This document shows positions 29,872-40,298 of a DNA stretch of 64,000 bases, in pieces. The translations under genes were made by a program, and so were the position numbers. The stretch is from an uncultured Nitrospinota bacterium (GTDB lineage Bacteria; Tectomicrobia; Entotheonellia; J063; CAVPRW01): contig CAVPRW010000046.1 of the NCBI GenBank assembly GCA_963707985.1, positions 64,001-128,000 on the forward strand, in the 5' to 3' direction. The notes under the pieces were generated by a model. It had not been told where the DNA came from, ran no database searches, and was given only the letters and a program-made list of their open reading frames with translations. Each line of letters begins with the position of its first letter. Positions within the stretch are counted from its first letter, which is position 1.

Positions 29872-30504
29872 ATGGCGATAGCTATAAGTCCGCCGGAGCA
29901 ACGCATTCTCCTTGACAACATCACGTGGGAGACGTACGAGAGCCTGCTCCAAGCCCACTGTGATCGTAGCATACCGCGCTTTACCTACGACCGGGGGCAA
30001 CTGGAAATTATGAGTCCGTCCATCGAACACGAGGAGCTGAAAGACACTGTGACGCTCTTGGTCAATACACTGGCGGAAGAGATGGGCATCAATACCCGAA
30101 GTTTTGGGTCAGCCACCTTCCGGCGCGCAGACTTGCAGCGTGGTTTTGAGCCGGACGGATGCTTTTACGTGCAGTCGGTGACGCGTATTCAAGGGAGAAC
30201 TGAGCTTGATCTCACAGTTGATCCACCCCCAGACCTAGTCATTGAGATTGATCTGACGAGTCCATCCCTGCCCAAGTTCCCCATCTTCGCGCAACTTGGT
30301 GTGCCAGAGGTGTGGCGTGCTGATGGCAGTCAGATGCATATTTTCTGCCTCGAAGGCGGCCAGTATGTCGCACACGCAGAAAGCTCGATCCTCATAGGCA
30401 TCACGGCTGAAGTCATCACACGCTTTGTGCGCGAGAGTTCCACGCTCGATCGACTCACATGGTTACACCGTGTGCGCGCGTGGGTCCAACAACGAGAGAC
30501 GTAG
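29872..30504 (+). CDS. Uma2 family endonuclease
   Basis: ITWETYE, GQLEIMSPSIEHE, EPDGCFY, PPPDLVIEID and LGVPEVWR motifs. Confidence 0.92.
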   Translation: MAIAISPPEQRILLDNITWETYESLLQAHCDRSIPRFTYDRGQLEIMSPSIEHEELKDTVTLLVNTLAEEMGINTRSFGSATFRRADLQRGFEPDGCFYVQSVTRIQGRTELDLTVDPPPDLVIEIDLTSPSLPKFPIFAQLGVPEVWRADGSQMHIFCLEGGQYVAHAESSILIGITAEVITRFVRESSTLDRLTWLHRVRAWVQQRET

Positions 30505-30668
30505 AAGCAATCGGGCTCGGACTCGAATGTCTACGACTGCGCCCTTGGCGTCAAGGATGCGTGTTCAGATCGAAGAAAAGGGTGTCAGCCACCTTTGATT
30601 GAGGTCTGAAAATTTGAAAATTGGGGTCAGACTCGCGAATTTTCTCAATCGTAGTGGGCAACACGACC

Positions 30669-30707
30669 TGACATCCACGCCATACGGGAGCGCCACGGGC
30701 GCGGGGC
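30669..30707 (+). repeat. 39-bp direct repeat, copy 2
   Basis: TGACATCCACGCCATACGGGAGCGCCACGGGCGCGGGGC. Confidence 0.75.
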
Positions 30708-30750
30708 AGCATGCCGTGCCGCATGGCGGCCAGATGCGCCTGAGCGATGC

Positions 30751-31923
30751 TCAGCATGACGCGAGCACGCGGCAAAAGCGCGCGATTTCCTCCTCGGTGT
30801 TGTAATAATGCACCGATGCCCGCACCAGGTCGGGCAGCCCGCGCGCCTCCATGTCGAGACGGGTCGAGGACACGCGGGACACCGAGACATTGATGTGGGC
30901 CTGTGCCAGCCGACGCTGGATGTCGTCCGCCTCGCGCCCCGCGACCGTGAAGGACACGAGGCCGCAGCGTTCGACCCCCGTGTCCCGGACGGTCACGCCG
31001 GCGATCCGGCTCAGCTGCCGGCGCAGGTCGTCGGCCAGGGATGTGACCCGTGCCCCAATGGCCTCGATCCCCCACTGCAAGGCATACTCGATGGCGACCC
31101 CGAGGCCGATTTTGCCCGCGTAGTAGGTTTCCCAATTCTCAAACCGGCGGGCGTCCGGCCGCATCTCAAAGCGCTCGGGGGTGACCCACTGCGCCGCATG
31201 TAAATCCAGAAACGGCGGCTCCAGCTGCTCGAGTCTCGCGCGCCGGACATATAACAACCCTGTCCCCCGAGGGCCACGCAGATATTTGCGCCCGGTGGCC
31301 GAGAGCAGATCGCACCCAAGGGTCTCGACATCGAGGGGTAGTTGCCCGATCGATTGGCAGGCATCCAACAGATACCACACCCCCGCTTCGCGCGCCACCT
31401 GCCCCACCGCCGCGGCGGGATTGACCAGGCCGCCGTTGGTCGGGACATGGGTGATGGCGATCAGTTTGACGCGAGGGTCGATGGCCTGGCGCAACGCCTC
31501 AATGGAGAGCTGGCCCGAGGCCTCGTTGGGAATGACCTCCACCACGGCGCCCGTCTGGCGCGCCCTCTGCAAGAAGGCGATGAAATTGCTGGCATATTCC
31601 GCTACGGCGGTGAGAATGCGATCGCCTGGTCCCAGGGGGATGGCATAAAAGGCCATATCCCAGGCCCGTGTGGCATTTTCGACGACGGCGATCTCCTCGC
31701 GCTGGCAGTGTAATAATCGGGCAGCGGCATCGTAGACCTGGTCCACGGCCTCGTGGGCCTGCGCTGCCGCCTCATAGCCGCCGATCAGCGCTTCCAATTG
31801 CAGATGGCCGATGGTGGCGTGCAGCACCGCTTGCGGCATCAGCGCGGCTCCGGCATTGTTGAAATGCAGGACGTTCCCACATCCAGGTGTCTCCCGACGG
31901 GCTCGCTGCACGTCGATAGCCAT
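30751..31923 (-). CDS. Class V PLP aminotransferase / cysteine desulfurase-like enzyme
   Basis: HFNNAGA, LDACQS, TGRKYLRGPRGTG and RASVHYYN motifs. Confidence 0.92.
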   Translation of the reverse strand: MAIDVQRARRETPGCGNVLHFNNAGAALMPQAVLHATIGHLQLEALIGGYEAAAQAHEAVDQVYDAAARLLHCQREEIAVVENATRAWDMAFYAIPLGPGDRILTAVAEYASNFIAFLQRARQTGAVVEVIPNEASGQLSIEALRQAIDPRVKLIAITHVPTNGGLVNPAAAVGQVAREAGVWYLLDACQSIGQLPLDVETLGCDLLSATGRKYLRGPRGTGLLYVRRARLEQLEPPFLDLHAAQWVTPERFEMRPDARRFENWETYYAGKIGLGVAIEYALQWGIEAIGARVTSLADDLRRQLSRIAGVTVRDTGVERCGLVSFTVAGREADDIQRRLAQAHINVSVSRVSSTRLDMEARGLPDLVRASVHYYNTEEEIARFCRVLASC

Positions 31924-32599
31924 GATCTTGCCCTTTCATCGATGCATCATCACGTATCGCATTATTGGACGTGTGTCCGACTGTCGCTTATCGCAAGACC
32001 ACGCTCATCATCCGACGTACCGAATCATGCCCAGACAACCTGGATGGGCAGCCCATCTGATAGGACTTTCGAAGGGTTGTATATAGTGCGGAGGCTTGAT
32101 GACTCCGCATGATTCGGCTTGTCTTCTCTGCATGATCAACCCATCAGCCTGGAGGAGCCACGCATGCGCCATCCCTATTGTCCCAATCCGAGTGTCTGGC
32201 AGCCGTTGTCTGCTGGTCCTCTGGGCGCAATCGACACCTTTGTCCGACCAGTTGTAGGACCAAGTCTATGCGAGTTGGACGGCGAAGTCTATGGTGCGCC
32301 CACTCGCCGACCTCTGCCGCTGGCTCTGGGCGACATGCCCAACAGCCATGGACCTCAACGAACAGCGCGTCGATGCGGTTCTGCAGGACCTCTATGAGCG
32401 GCTAGCATACCCATCGCGATGAGCGCTCTGTCTTGAGGCGGCTGCATGGACAGCTGCGAGAGCACGGCGTGATGCCCGTGCCATCGCCCTTCCCCGCACG
32501 GCGCATGAGCGGCAGGATAAGACGCTCCCCGGTAGAGGGCCAGGTGAGGGGTTCCTCACCACTCCCACGACATTGGACGGGGTCCCCTCGCCGGCTGAG

Positions 32600-33212
32600 T
32601 TAATCGAGCTCGCCACTGAGATAGCGGGCGACAGCCTGCGCGATGGGCTGTCCCGTGTGCGCCTCATAGTAGCTGAAGGCGGGACTCGGGTTGACCTCGA
32701 AGCAATAGACTTGGTGGTCTGGCGTCAATTTCAAGTCGATACCGGCGAAGGCCAGCCCTAGCGCTTGTGCAAGCCGCAGGCAGCGCTCGGCCAACGCATC
32801 GGGAAGCTCGATGGCCTGCAATTCCGCGTCACTCCCTTGCCGTCGCGCATAGCGGTAATCGGTCGCCTGAGTGTGAATGGCTGTTGCAAAGATAGTAGAA
32901 CCGACCGTGTGCACACGGACGTTCGTGCCTTCGACAAAGGCCTGGAACTGTGTCGGGCACCAACGAATGCAGTCGAGCCGCTCGAAATCCTCCGCCTCCA
33001 GGGTGTGGACGATGGAGCGCACGCCGCTGACCGATTTGTAGATCACACGCTGATGCTGTTGGTGAAAGGCCCGCACGAGATCAGGATCGTTGGTGATCAG
33101 CGTTTCCGGGACCGCAAAACCGTGCGTCCGAATCAGCTGCGTTTGGTAGGGCTTGGAGCTGTTCGACCCCATGGCGGCGGTGCGATTCACCACGCGCGCC
33201 GGCGAGAGCATC
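32600..33212 (-). pseudogene. RimK/graspetide-synthetase-like ATP-grasp ligase lacking its N-terminal part
   Basis: RVVNR..SNSSKPYQ, VPETLITND, YKSVSG, QFQAFV..VRVH, DYRY, FAGIDL and FEVNPSP motifs; no plausible N-terminal domain or start. Confidence 0.85.
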
Positions 33213-33923
33213 CAGCAAGGCCTCGCCGCCGAGCCGCAAATCAGGCATGGGGGTGGCCCCGGCAAAGGTCCAAGACCCTGCGGGGCCGTTGGTAAAGTCG
33301 ACGCCCAGCAATGCTGTCTGGGCAAGGTCAGCTAAACGCTGGCAGGCACTACGTATATGGGGTGGGACATCGGCTCCAACAGCTTGGCCCGCTACAATGA
33401 AGATCGTGTGCACCGGAGAATCCGCGACCACAAGCCCTTGTCCACCTTGCCCAGCCAGGGAGTCCCGACTGATCTGTTGATAAGGCGGTGTCGGGAGACC
33501 AGCGTGCGCCGCCAGCCAAAGCCATTCCGAGCGATGCCGCCACTGACCGGCGAGGCCCTGTGGTGTGGGCCGATTGATCACCGGGAGCGACAAGGCATAC
33601 AGCCAGCTGAGGAAGAAGGCCGTCAGCTCCTGACTGGCATAGTCGCGATCCGTCGGATGGGCCAACAGTAACGGCGCATACGGCACAGAGACCAGTCGGT
33701 TCAGCACCCCGCGGACGGTGTCGTTGCGGAGCCGGTGACCATCAGCATGGGTGATGTCGATGGTCACTCCCTTCGCCCCCACACGATGCTCCCAGCGCAG
33801 GTTCTGGGCCAGCATCTCGGAGCTCACCACCTCCAGGGGCTCAAGACCCCTGGCGTTGAGGCCCTGGGCAGCCCAGACCGCGGATGCATCAGTCGAGGCA
33901 CACAGGACGAGCCACATCGCCAC
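33081..33923 (-). CDS. Degenerate ATP-grasp-like accessory protein
   Basis: RGVLNRL, DRDYASQE, PVINRPTP and AGLPTP motifs; LLGVDF..FAGATPMP replaces the catalytic E-x-N; 3' end runs out of frame over the next gene. Confidence 0.7.
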   Translation of the reverse strand: MAMWLVLCASTDASAVWAAQGLNARGLEPLEVVSSEMLAQNLRWEHRVGAKGVTIDITHADGHRLRNDTVRGVLNRLVSVPYAPLLLAHPTDRDYASQELTAFFLSWLYALSLPVINRPTPQGLAGQWRHRSEWLWLAAHAGLPTPPYQQISRDSLAGQGGQGLVVADSPVHTIFIVAGQAVGADVPPHIRSACQRLADLAQTALLGVDFTNGPAGSWTFAGATPMPDLRLGGEALLDALAGARGESHRRHGVEQLQALPNAADSDARFCGPGNADHQRS

Positions 33924-34009
33924 ACCTCCGTCTCGCCACGACCCTCAGGGGTGAGGACCGGCCGCGAGACGCCAGTCCTCGTGTGTATCACTGCGTATCA
34001 AGCCCAACC

Positions 34010-34225
34010 CTAGGGCGGCCTTTGATAGCAGCACGCTCTGCCTGACCACCCCCACATTGTCGTCGCTCTTCCATTGGATGAGCACTTGCTGACCCGGTTG
34101 AGGCTGTCCGCCTGCTCTTGGTCGGAGACCAGGCTGTTGGGGAGCGGACTGCTCGAGTGTGATTCCACCGAGACGGAAGCTCCGGATTCAGAGTAGTATT
34201 GGGGGCCATTCGTCTCTTGCAACAT
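34010..34225 (-). CDS. 71-aa peptide, possible RiPP precursor
   Basis: AGGGGGAG RBS; Ser/acidic leader-like part and C-terminal KCSSNGRATTMWGWSGRACCYQRPP. Confidence 0.5.
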   Translation of the reverse strand: MLQETNGPQYYSESGASVSVESHSSSPLPNSLVSDQEQADSLNRVSKCSSNGRATTMWGWSGRACCYQRPP

Positions 34226-34478
34226 GTCTTCTCCCCCTATTCCAATGCCAAAACACCTGTTGCCAATAAGATATGGCTACGATCATCGCTGAGTGCGCTT
34301 CACCAGTTCCACATGCTCTGCGGTGCACTTCTCTTCTCTCTGTATGTACGAGAGACCCGACCCTGTCGGATGTGACCCGGCGTGTCTGGCTACGGAAGAG
34401 CACCGGGTGGGGCACGAGCAATGGAGACAAGCGGGGCCCTCCTGCATTGGGTCTGGACCCCGCCAGGCACTCAGTGCG

Positions 34479-37400
34479 TCAGGCCTTGCGCTCGTGCGGC
34501 TTCTCCGTGTCCTTGGTGTCCTTAGTCTGCTTGGCATTGCTCGCTTGCGTTTGCACTGGCGGGCCCCAGGTCGATGGATCGGTGTGGCCAAGATCCGTTT
34601 CGCCTTTGAGAGCGCTTGCCTCTAGGCTAGGACGCAAGGCCTGAGGGATGAAGTGCATCAACTGTCCCACTGCGCCCTCCAAGCGGGCCAGGCGTTCCAT
34701 GGGTGGGACAACGCCCCTGGACAGGAACGGTAATTCAATAAAATCCTTACCATCCCTGGTGTCCTTGTTCTCCTTACGAAAATCCTTGCCGTCCGACTCT
34801 TTCTCCTTGGTGTCCTTCCCTTCCTTAGACTCCTTCGCTTTCGGAGGAGGGGTGCCTGGTGGGAGGGTGATGAAGTCGGTCCCACTGGTGACAGTTGTCC
34901 CCGCAAAAGCGGGAAAGATCAGGATGGGGTCGCGCCCTGTCAAGCCGGTATTGGGAACCGTGGCCTGGATCTCGGTCGCAGAGATGACCGTGAAAACGGC
35001 GGTGCCGCTGCCGAATTGGACTTTCATGACATTCGGACTGCCCATAAAGGTGAAGTTCACGCCGCGGATGGACACACGGGTGCCCCTGGGACCAAACCGG
35101 GGCGTGAAACCATCGATGGCTGGTTGGCCCTGACTCGTATCGGTGATAAAGTCCACACCCGTGAGGGCCGGTCGGGTGACTGGGCGCAGTATGCCGTTGC
35201 GGTCCGTCCCCCGCACACTCACGATGCCGTTCATCGCAACGGCTGGTACCGTAGCCTCGACGGAGTTGCGAGACCTGGAAATGGCACTTGCGGAGATACC
35301 GGCAAACTCCACCCGCTCCAGTCGGTCCAGCTCCCCGCCGAAGATGAGCACCTTGTCGCCCGTTCGTCCTCTGCCAGGGACAATGCCGCTGATCCCGAAA
35401 AATGATGTGCCAGCGACCTTTGGCGCCAGCACAGTGAAGTCACCCGCGCTCGCCGGACTCGCCTGCGGTGCTGACGCTGATGGACACCCGGCGGTCCGCC
35501 TCGCCGACATTAAGGCGGATAGGCACGTAGGTGGTGATCGATACATCCGAATTCAACACAAAGGGGGCCGGCACACCGCCAAACGCCACTGTCATGGCGC
35601 CAGTGAAATTTTTCCCGAGAAGCTCCACCTGCGCTCCTTCAGGGCCGTCGAGCGGGGCGAACTTCAGGATCTCAGGCTTCACTCCGCCCAGGACGCTGAA
35701 GTCGAACGTGTCAGACCCCTGTGGGGTGTTCACACTCACCAATCCGGATTTGGCCCCCGTTGGCACGGCAGTGTCGATGACGGTCGTGGTGATGGCACGG
35801 ATGGTGGCGCGCACACCGTCACCCGTGCCATTGGCAAATTTCACCACGGTGTAGTCCTGGTCATTCCCATCTTTACCGGGCACGAAATTCATGCCGCTGA
35901 TCGTCACCGGCGCCATCTCGGCGCCGCTAGAGGTGGTGAGCTGACGGTTGATGCTCGGGGGCCCCACCACGAAGGACAGGGCGCTGCCCTTGCTGGTGAT
36001 GCTCATACCGTTAACCACTACTCTCACCTTGAGCGGTCCAGTGATCGCTCCCATTGGCACGCTAACCGTAAGCTTTTGCTTGCTGGCATCCTGATCATCT
36101 CGGCCAACCGATGTGGCGGGGACTTCCACTTTTTTCGGATTGCCATTGAACCGTACGAAGGTGTTGCCGGGGACGAAGTTTACGCCTCTGATCGTCAGCG
36201 TATCTCCCCGCTTGCCACTAGGGGGGGTGAAACTATCGATCTTCGGTTTATTGCTGGCCACGGCGACAGTGAAACTGTTCGGGCTCATGACTATTCTGTC
36301 CGACATGAGCACGCCGATCAGCCCGCTGCTGGCGCCCTCGGGTACTTCGGCCGTGATCGACGTCGGCGAGTTGACGCTGAACTCTTCGGTGCTCAGACCG
36401 TTGAAGCTTACGCCCAGGACGCTGCCGAAATTGCTCCCGGAGATCTCTACTGCCAACCCCTCGGGACCACTGGTCGGAGTGAAGCCGGTAATCGCCACAC
36501 CGCCGCCGATCGTCAAGTTGACCGTCGTCGCCATGACCGTCACACCTGCCGCACTGCCACTAATGGTCAGAACTCTGGTGCCTGGGGGGGTGTTCGCTGA
36601 TGTGGTAATGGTGAAGAGTGCGCTCGTACCAGGGACGGGGTTAGGGCTAAAGCCGGCGCTAGCGCCAGGGGGGAGGCCGCTGACGGCGAGAGCCACGGGT
36701 GCCGTAACATTGGTACGAGTGAGGATAATCGTATAGCGGGCATTTTGGCCGGGGCCAAGGCTCTGGGCGGAGGGGCTGGCCGACAACTCTACTCTGGAGA
36801 TGCCAGGCAGCATGTCGAGAGGCGCCGTATCGGACCCAGCCAGGTTCTGAGCCCGCAGCCGATAGGGGCCCGCCGTGATGAATGCAGGGATGGTCAGGTC
36901 CAGATCAACCCAACTCGACTGACCGCCGGGTAAGAGGGACAATCCGACTCCTACCACCCCCTGGCCGGCATTATCCACGACGCTGTAGCCGCCCGTTGTC
37001 AGGGGAAGATTTGCACCGCTGACGCTGACTCTCGTAGTCCTCCCCGCGGCAATCTGAGATGGCTGCAACGCGGTGATGTCCGGGGCCGAGTTAGGAAGAA
37101 TCTGCAGTGGCTCCGTATCAAAGCCCGCGGCGTTCTGAGCAAGCAGTTGGTACGACCCCGATGGCGTCGAGGCCGCCACACCGAGTTGCAGGATTGCCGA
37201 GCGTCCCCCAGGGCTGATCACCTGAACGCTGACGCCCTGGGTGGGCTGCCCGTCGCTCTTGAGAACCGAGTACCCGTTGGCTGTCAGAGGCAGATTCATG
37301 CCATCCACGATGACCTGGGTCGTCTGGCCGGCGAGAATCTGACTGGGGCTCACTGCGGTGATGTCCGGTTGCATGACCGTTCCGGTAATTTCCAGAGGTG

Positions 37401-38124
37401 CGGTGTCCGACCCGGCTGCGGTCATCACCCGCAATCCGTATTGACCTGGAGTGACGGAGGGGGCGATAGTAATCTGCAGTCGAACCATCGAGGAATTGCT
37501 GTTCCCACTATCGAGCTCGACACCATAGCCGTTGATCTGCTGCCCGACACTATTGACTACTAGATAGGCCAGCGGGCTCACCGGCAGGTTTGAGCCGTGC
37601 ACCGTGACAGGGGTCGTCGCACCCGCCGCAATCTGGCCGGGTTCGAGAGATGTGATAACCGGCCCACTCGCCCCTTCCCCAATGGTGAAGACGTTATCGC
37701 TCCGGTCGCTGGCGACCACCCTGATGCCGTTCAGCGCTGCCACCGAGACCACGGCCCTGGTGGTGGCCATCGTGGGCAACGTCAGCGGATAACTCTGTGC
37801 TGTCCCCGGCAGATCCCTATCATCCTTGACGAGGTTGCCATCCGCAAAGAGCTTCACTTGATGGCTCGTGATCGGCGTGCCGTCCATGACGTTGGTGCTT
37901 CATCTGACGGTCACCATGTCTCCGACACTGAAGGTTTCACCCCCGTTTGGGAAGTCGACAATTAAAAATACTGATAGGAGTGGGATGTCATTGACTACCG
38001 TTGGATCCTGCGGGGACCCTCGCGGCAGACTCACGGGGTCAGCTTGTGGAGTTGTACTGGGTTCCAGGGCAACTCCCATGACGGTGGTGTGTTCCAGAAA
38101 TGTCGTCTCGGAATGCATGTTCAT
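34479..38124 (-). pseudogene. ~1,200-aa IPT/TIG Ig-repeat protein with a Lys/Asp/Glu-repeat C-terminal tail; one nonsense codon and one frameshift
   Basis: PNGGE domain broken by TGA at 37900-37902 where Trp is expected; about 9 IPT/TIG repeats (PxIxxxxPxxGxxGxxVxIxGxNF); frameshift near 35450; tail KESKEGKDTKEKE...HFIPQALRP...KQTKDTKDTEK. Confidence 0.8.
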
Positions 38125-38133
38125 GCCCCTTTC

Positions 38134-38487
38134 TCATTTTGGTTGGGACGCTTCGGCGGTTCCCGCGAGCGTTCTTCCCTCACAGCTGTCTTGTCGAAAA
38201 AACTCAATACCCCGTTTCTATCGCTCAACACTGCCCGGCTCGATGCATGGCCCTCCTCTATCGATTTCAGTGACTGCCGAGCCATCGGGCTTGGCTGATG
38301 CGAAGAACAATTCAGTTCTGCCGAAAAGCTTCCCGGAGCGTTGTGCCCTTGAATACAGCTCTGTCGTCGGAGGTGCTTTCCATTGGAGCCCGGTCTCTGT
38401 AGCCTTGCCGGTAAAGATCGCCGGTCCCATGACACCAGTGACGGCCAAGGCCAGCAGCAGAATGCTTGCTGTGAACCATCGGGGCAC
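38134..38487 (-). pseudogene. Small exported hypothetical protein with an in-frame TAG
   Basis: Signal-like MPRWFTASILLLALAVTG; TAG at 38218-38220, then the frame stays open to a TGA just before the next RBS. Confidence 0.4.
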
Positions 38488-38664
38488 GACATCCTCCTGA
38501 ATGCATCGGACTTCGGCCCGTCAGTGGTGCGGCTGTGTGTGACTCACTCACCTATACGAGTGGACTCTGCTAGATGGATGTCAATCGCCTGGAGGTGGGG
38601 AAATCTCAGGAGGGTCTGCTGTACTCTCGCAGATTTGCCTATTGGCACTCTAATGCCATGACTA

Positions 38665-38918
38665 CCGCATGTGCCGATTGCCACCGACAGTCAACGGTTG
38701 ATTCACCGGTATCTTGAGGTCGCGGAGCATAGAAAGGATCTAAAGGGGCTGCTCTTTCGGCCTGTCGGTAATAATACGACGCACCGGCGGAGAAGGGTAC
38801 TGAGCCCAGGGGCGATCTAGCAGGAGATTGCGAAGCGCTATGGCAAAGTGGTGGGGATCACCGTCGACGTGTATGGGCTCTATGTCCACTCGTTGCGGGC
38901 GACCCCAGCGACAGCGCC
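38665..38918 (+). pseudogene. Tyrosine recombinase fragment
   Basis: YLEVAEH..LFRPV...AI*QEIAKRYG...VHSLRAT (H-x-x-R motif). Confidence 0.7.
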
Positions 38919-39932
38919 TCAGGCATGGGAATGCGATGGAAGGCCGTCGTGGGCGTGTTCGTCAATGCGGTGATGCTCTGCGCCAGCTTTATCGAGGGGG
39001 TCGACGTGCACACTGACCTCACTGAGGTAGCGTACATGGTGAAGGAGTTGATGGCGGACCTCTGTGGCAATGGCATGCCCCTCGGCCACCGACAGCTCTG
39101 GGGTGACTGCAATACTTACTTCTGCCTGGAGGTCATGGCCCACCCAGCGGGCCCTCACGTCTGTGAGCGCCCGCACCCCTGGGACGTGCGTTGCCGCATG
39201 CCGAAGCGCGTGGATCACTTCTGGGTCCACGCCATCGAGCGCGCGGGTAAACACCATCATCCCCGAGTGCCAGACGAGCCAGAGGATGGCCGCGGTGATG
39301 ATCAGCCCCACCAGCGGGTCAGCAAGCGGATACCCAAGCCAGACCCCTACGGCACCCCCGAAGACGGCAAGACTGGTCCAACCATCGACCCGCGCATGAT
39401 ACCCGTCAGCGATCAGCGCGGCGCTGCCGATGTCTCGTCCCACTTTGATGCGAAAAAGGGCTACGGCCTCGTTTCCGAGAAAGCCGAGGACGGAGGCCAC
39501 GACTATCGCCCCGAGATGTGTCACCGGTTCGGGATGGATGAGGCGGGTCACCGCTTCATAACCTACAACAAGCGCGCTTAAGGCCATGATGAGCACAATT
39601 ACCATGCCGGCGAGGTCCTCAAAGCGGCCCAAGCCATATGTAAAGCGATCGCTGGGCCGTCGTCGGACCAGAGCAAAGGCCACCCAGAGCGGGAGCGCCG
39701 TCGCGGCATCGCCGAAGTTATGGATAGTGTCGGCCAGGAGAGCCACACTCCCCGAGAGGGCAACAACGACCAGCTGCACGCTGGCCGTCACCAGCAATGC
39801 CACACATGACCACTTGATGGCCCACAGGCCGCGCCCTGTGGTAGCAATACTTGGGTCGACGACGCCATGCAAATGGCTATGGCCTGTATGCTCGTCGGGA
39901 TGGGAAGAGTGGTTCGAGTGGTGATGCGCCAT
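38919..39932 (-). CDS. Cation diffusion facilitator (CDF) transporter
   Basis: His-rich N-terminus; SVALLADTIHNFGD, FTYGLGRFE and ADGYHARVD motifs. Confidence 0.93.
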   Translation of the reverse strand: MAHHHSNHSSHPDEHTGHSHLHGVVDPSIATTGRGLWAIKWSCVALLVTASVQLVVVALSGSVALLADTIHNFGDAATALPLWVAFALVRRRPSDRFTYGLGRFEDLAGMVIVLIMALSALVVGYEAVTRLIHPEPVTHLGAIVVASVLGFLGNEAVALFRIKVGRDIGSAALIADGYHARVDGWTSLAVFGGAVGVWLGYPLADPLVGLIITAAILWLVWHSGMMVFTRALDGVDPEVIHALRHAATHVPGVRALTDVRARWVGHDLQAEVSIAVTPELSVAEGHAIATEVRHQLLHHVRYLSEVSVHVDPLDKAGAEHHRIDEHAHDGLPSHSHA

Positions 39933-39943
39933 CGCAAATCTCC

Positions 39944-40147
39944 TTAGAGCAGGGTCCCCGTCTCGTGGAAGAGTTCTTCCAGATGGCCGCCAGAGAGAAA
40001 CGCTAAGAGCATCCACACCAACGGATGGTCACGATACGGCCAGAGGAGGGGCATTATCCCCCCCATCATCACAAGATAGACAACCGCGGCCATAATGATC
40101 AGCACGATTCCACGGAGACGAGAGGTGCGAAGCCACTGCATATGCAT
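39944..40147 (-). CDS. Small membrane protein
   Basis: GGAGG RBS; hydrophobic helices; directly upstream of the CDF gene. Confidence 0.5.
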   Translation of the reverse strand: MHMQWLRTSRLRGIVLIIMAAVVYLVMMGGIMPLLWPYRDHPLVWMLLAFLSGGHLEELFHETGTLL

Positions 40148-40298
40148 AGCGTCCCCCTCCTGTATGACGCTCCAGTCCGTACCGAGCTTTAGGAATCGTA
40201 AATTAACAAACCAGCGCTTTGTGCTCCTTGGCTTGATCACATCGTTCCAATCAGTGCCGTGGAAATCAGCGGGGTAGGGGTTGACTTAGGCCAGTTCG

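Noticed and set aside
32119..32397. ORF faintly resembling an integrase N-terminus
   Set aside because: It is too short and has no catalytic motifs.
35143..36600. 485-aa plus-strand ORF, and similar long ORFs at 23477-24583 and 44228-45508
   Set aside because: These are antisense shadows of recognisable genes in high-GC DNA.
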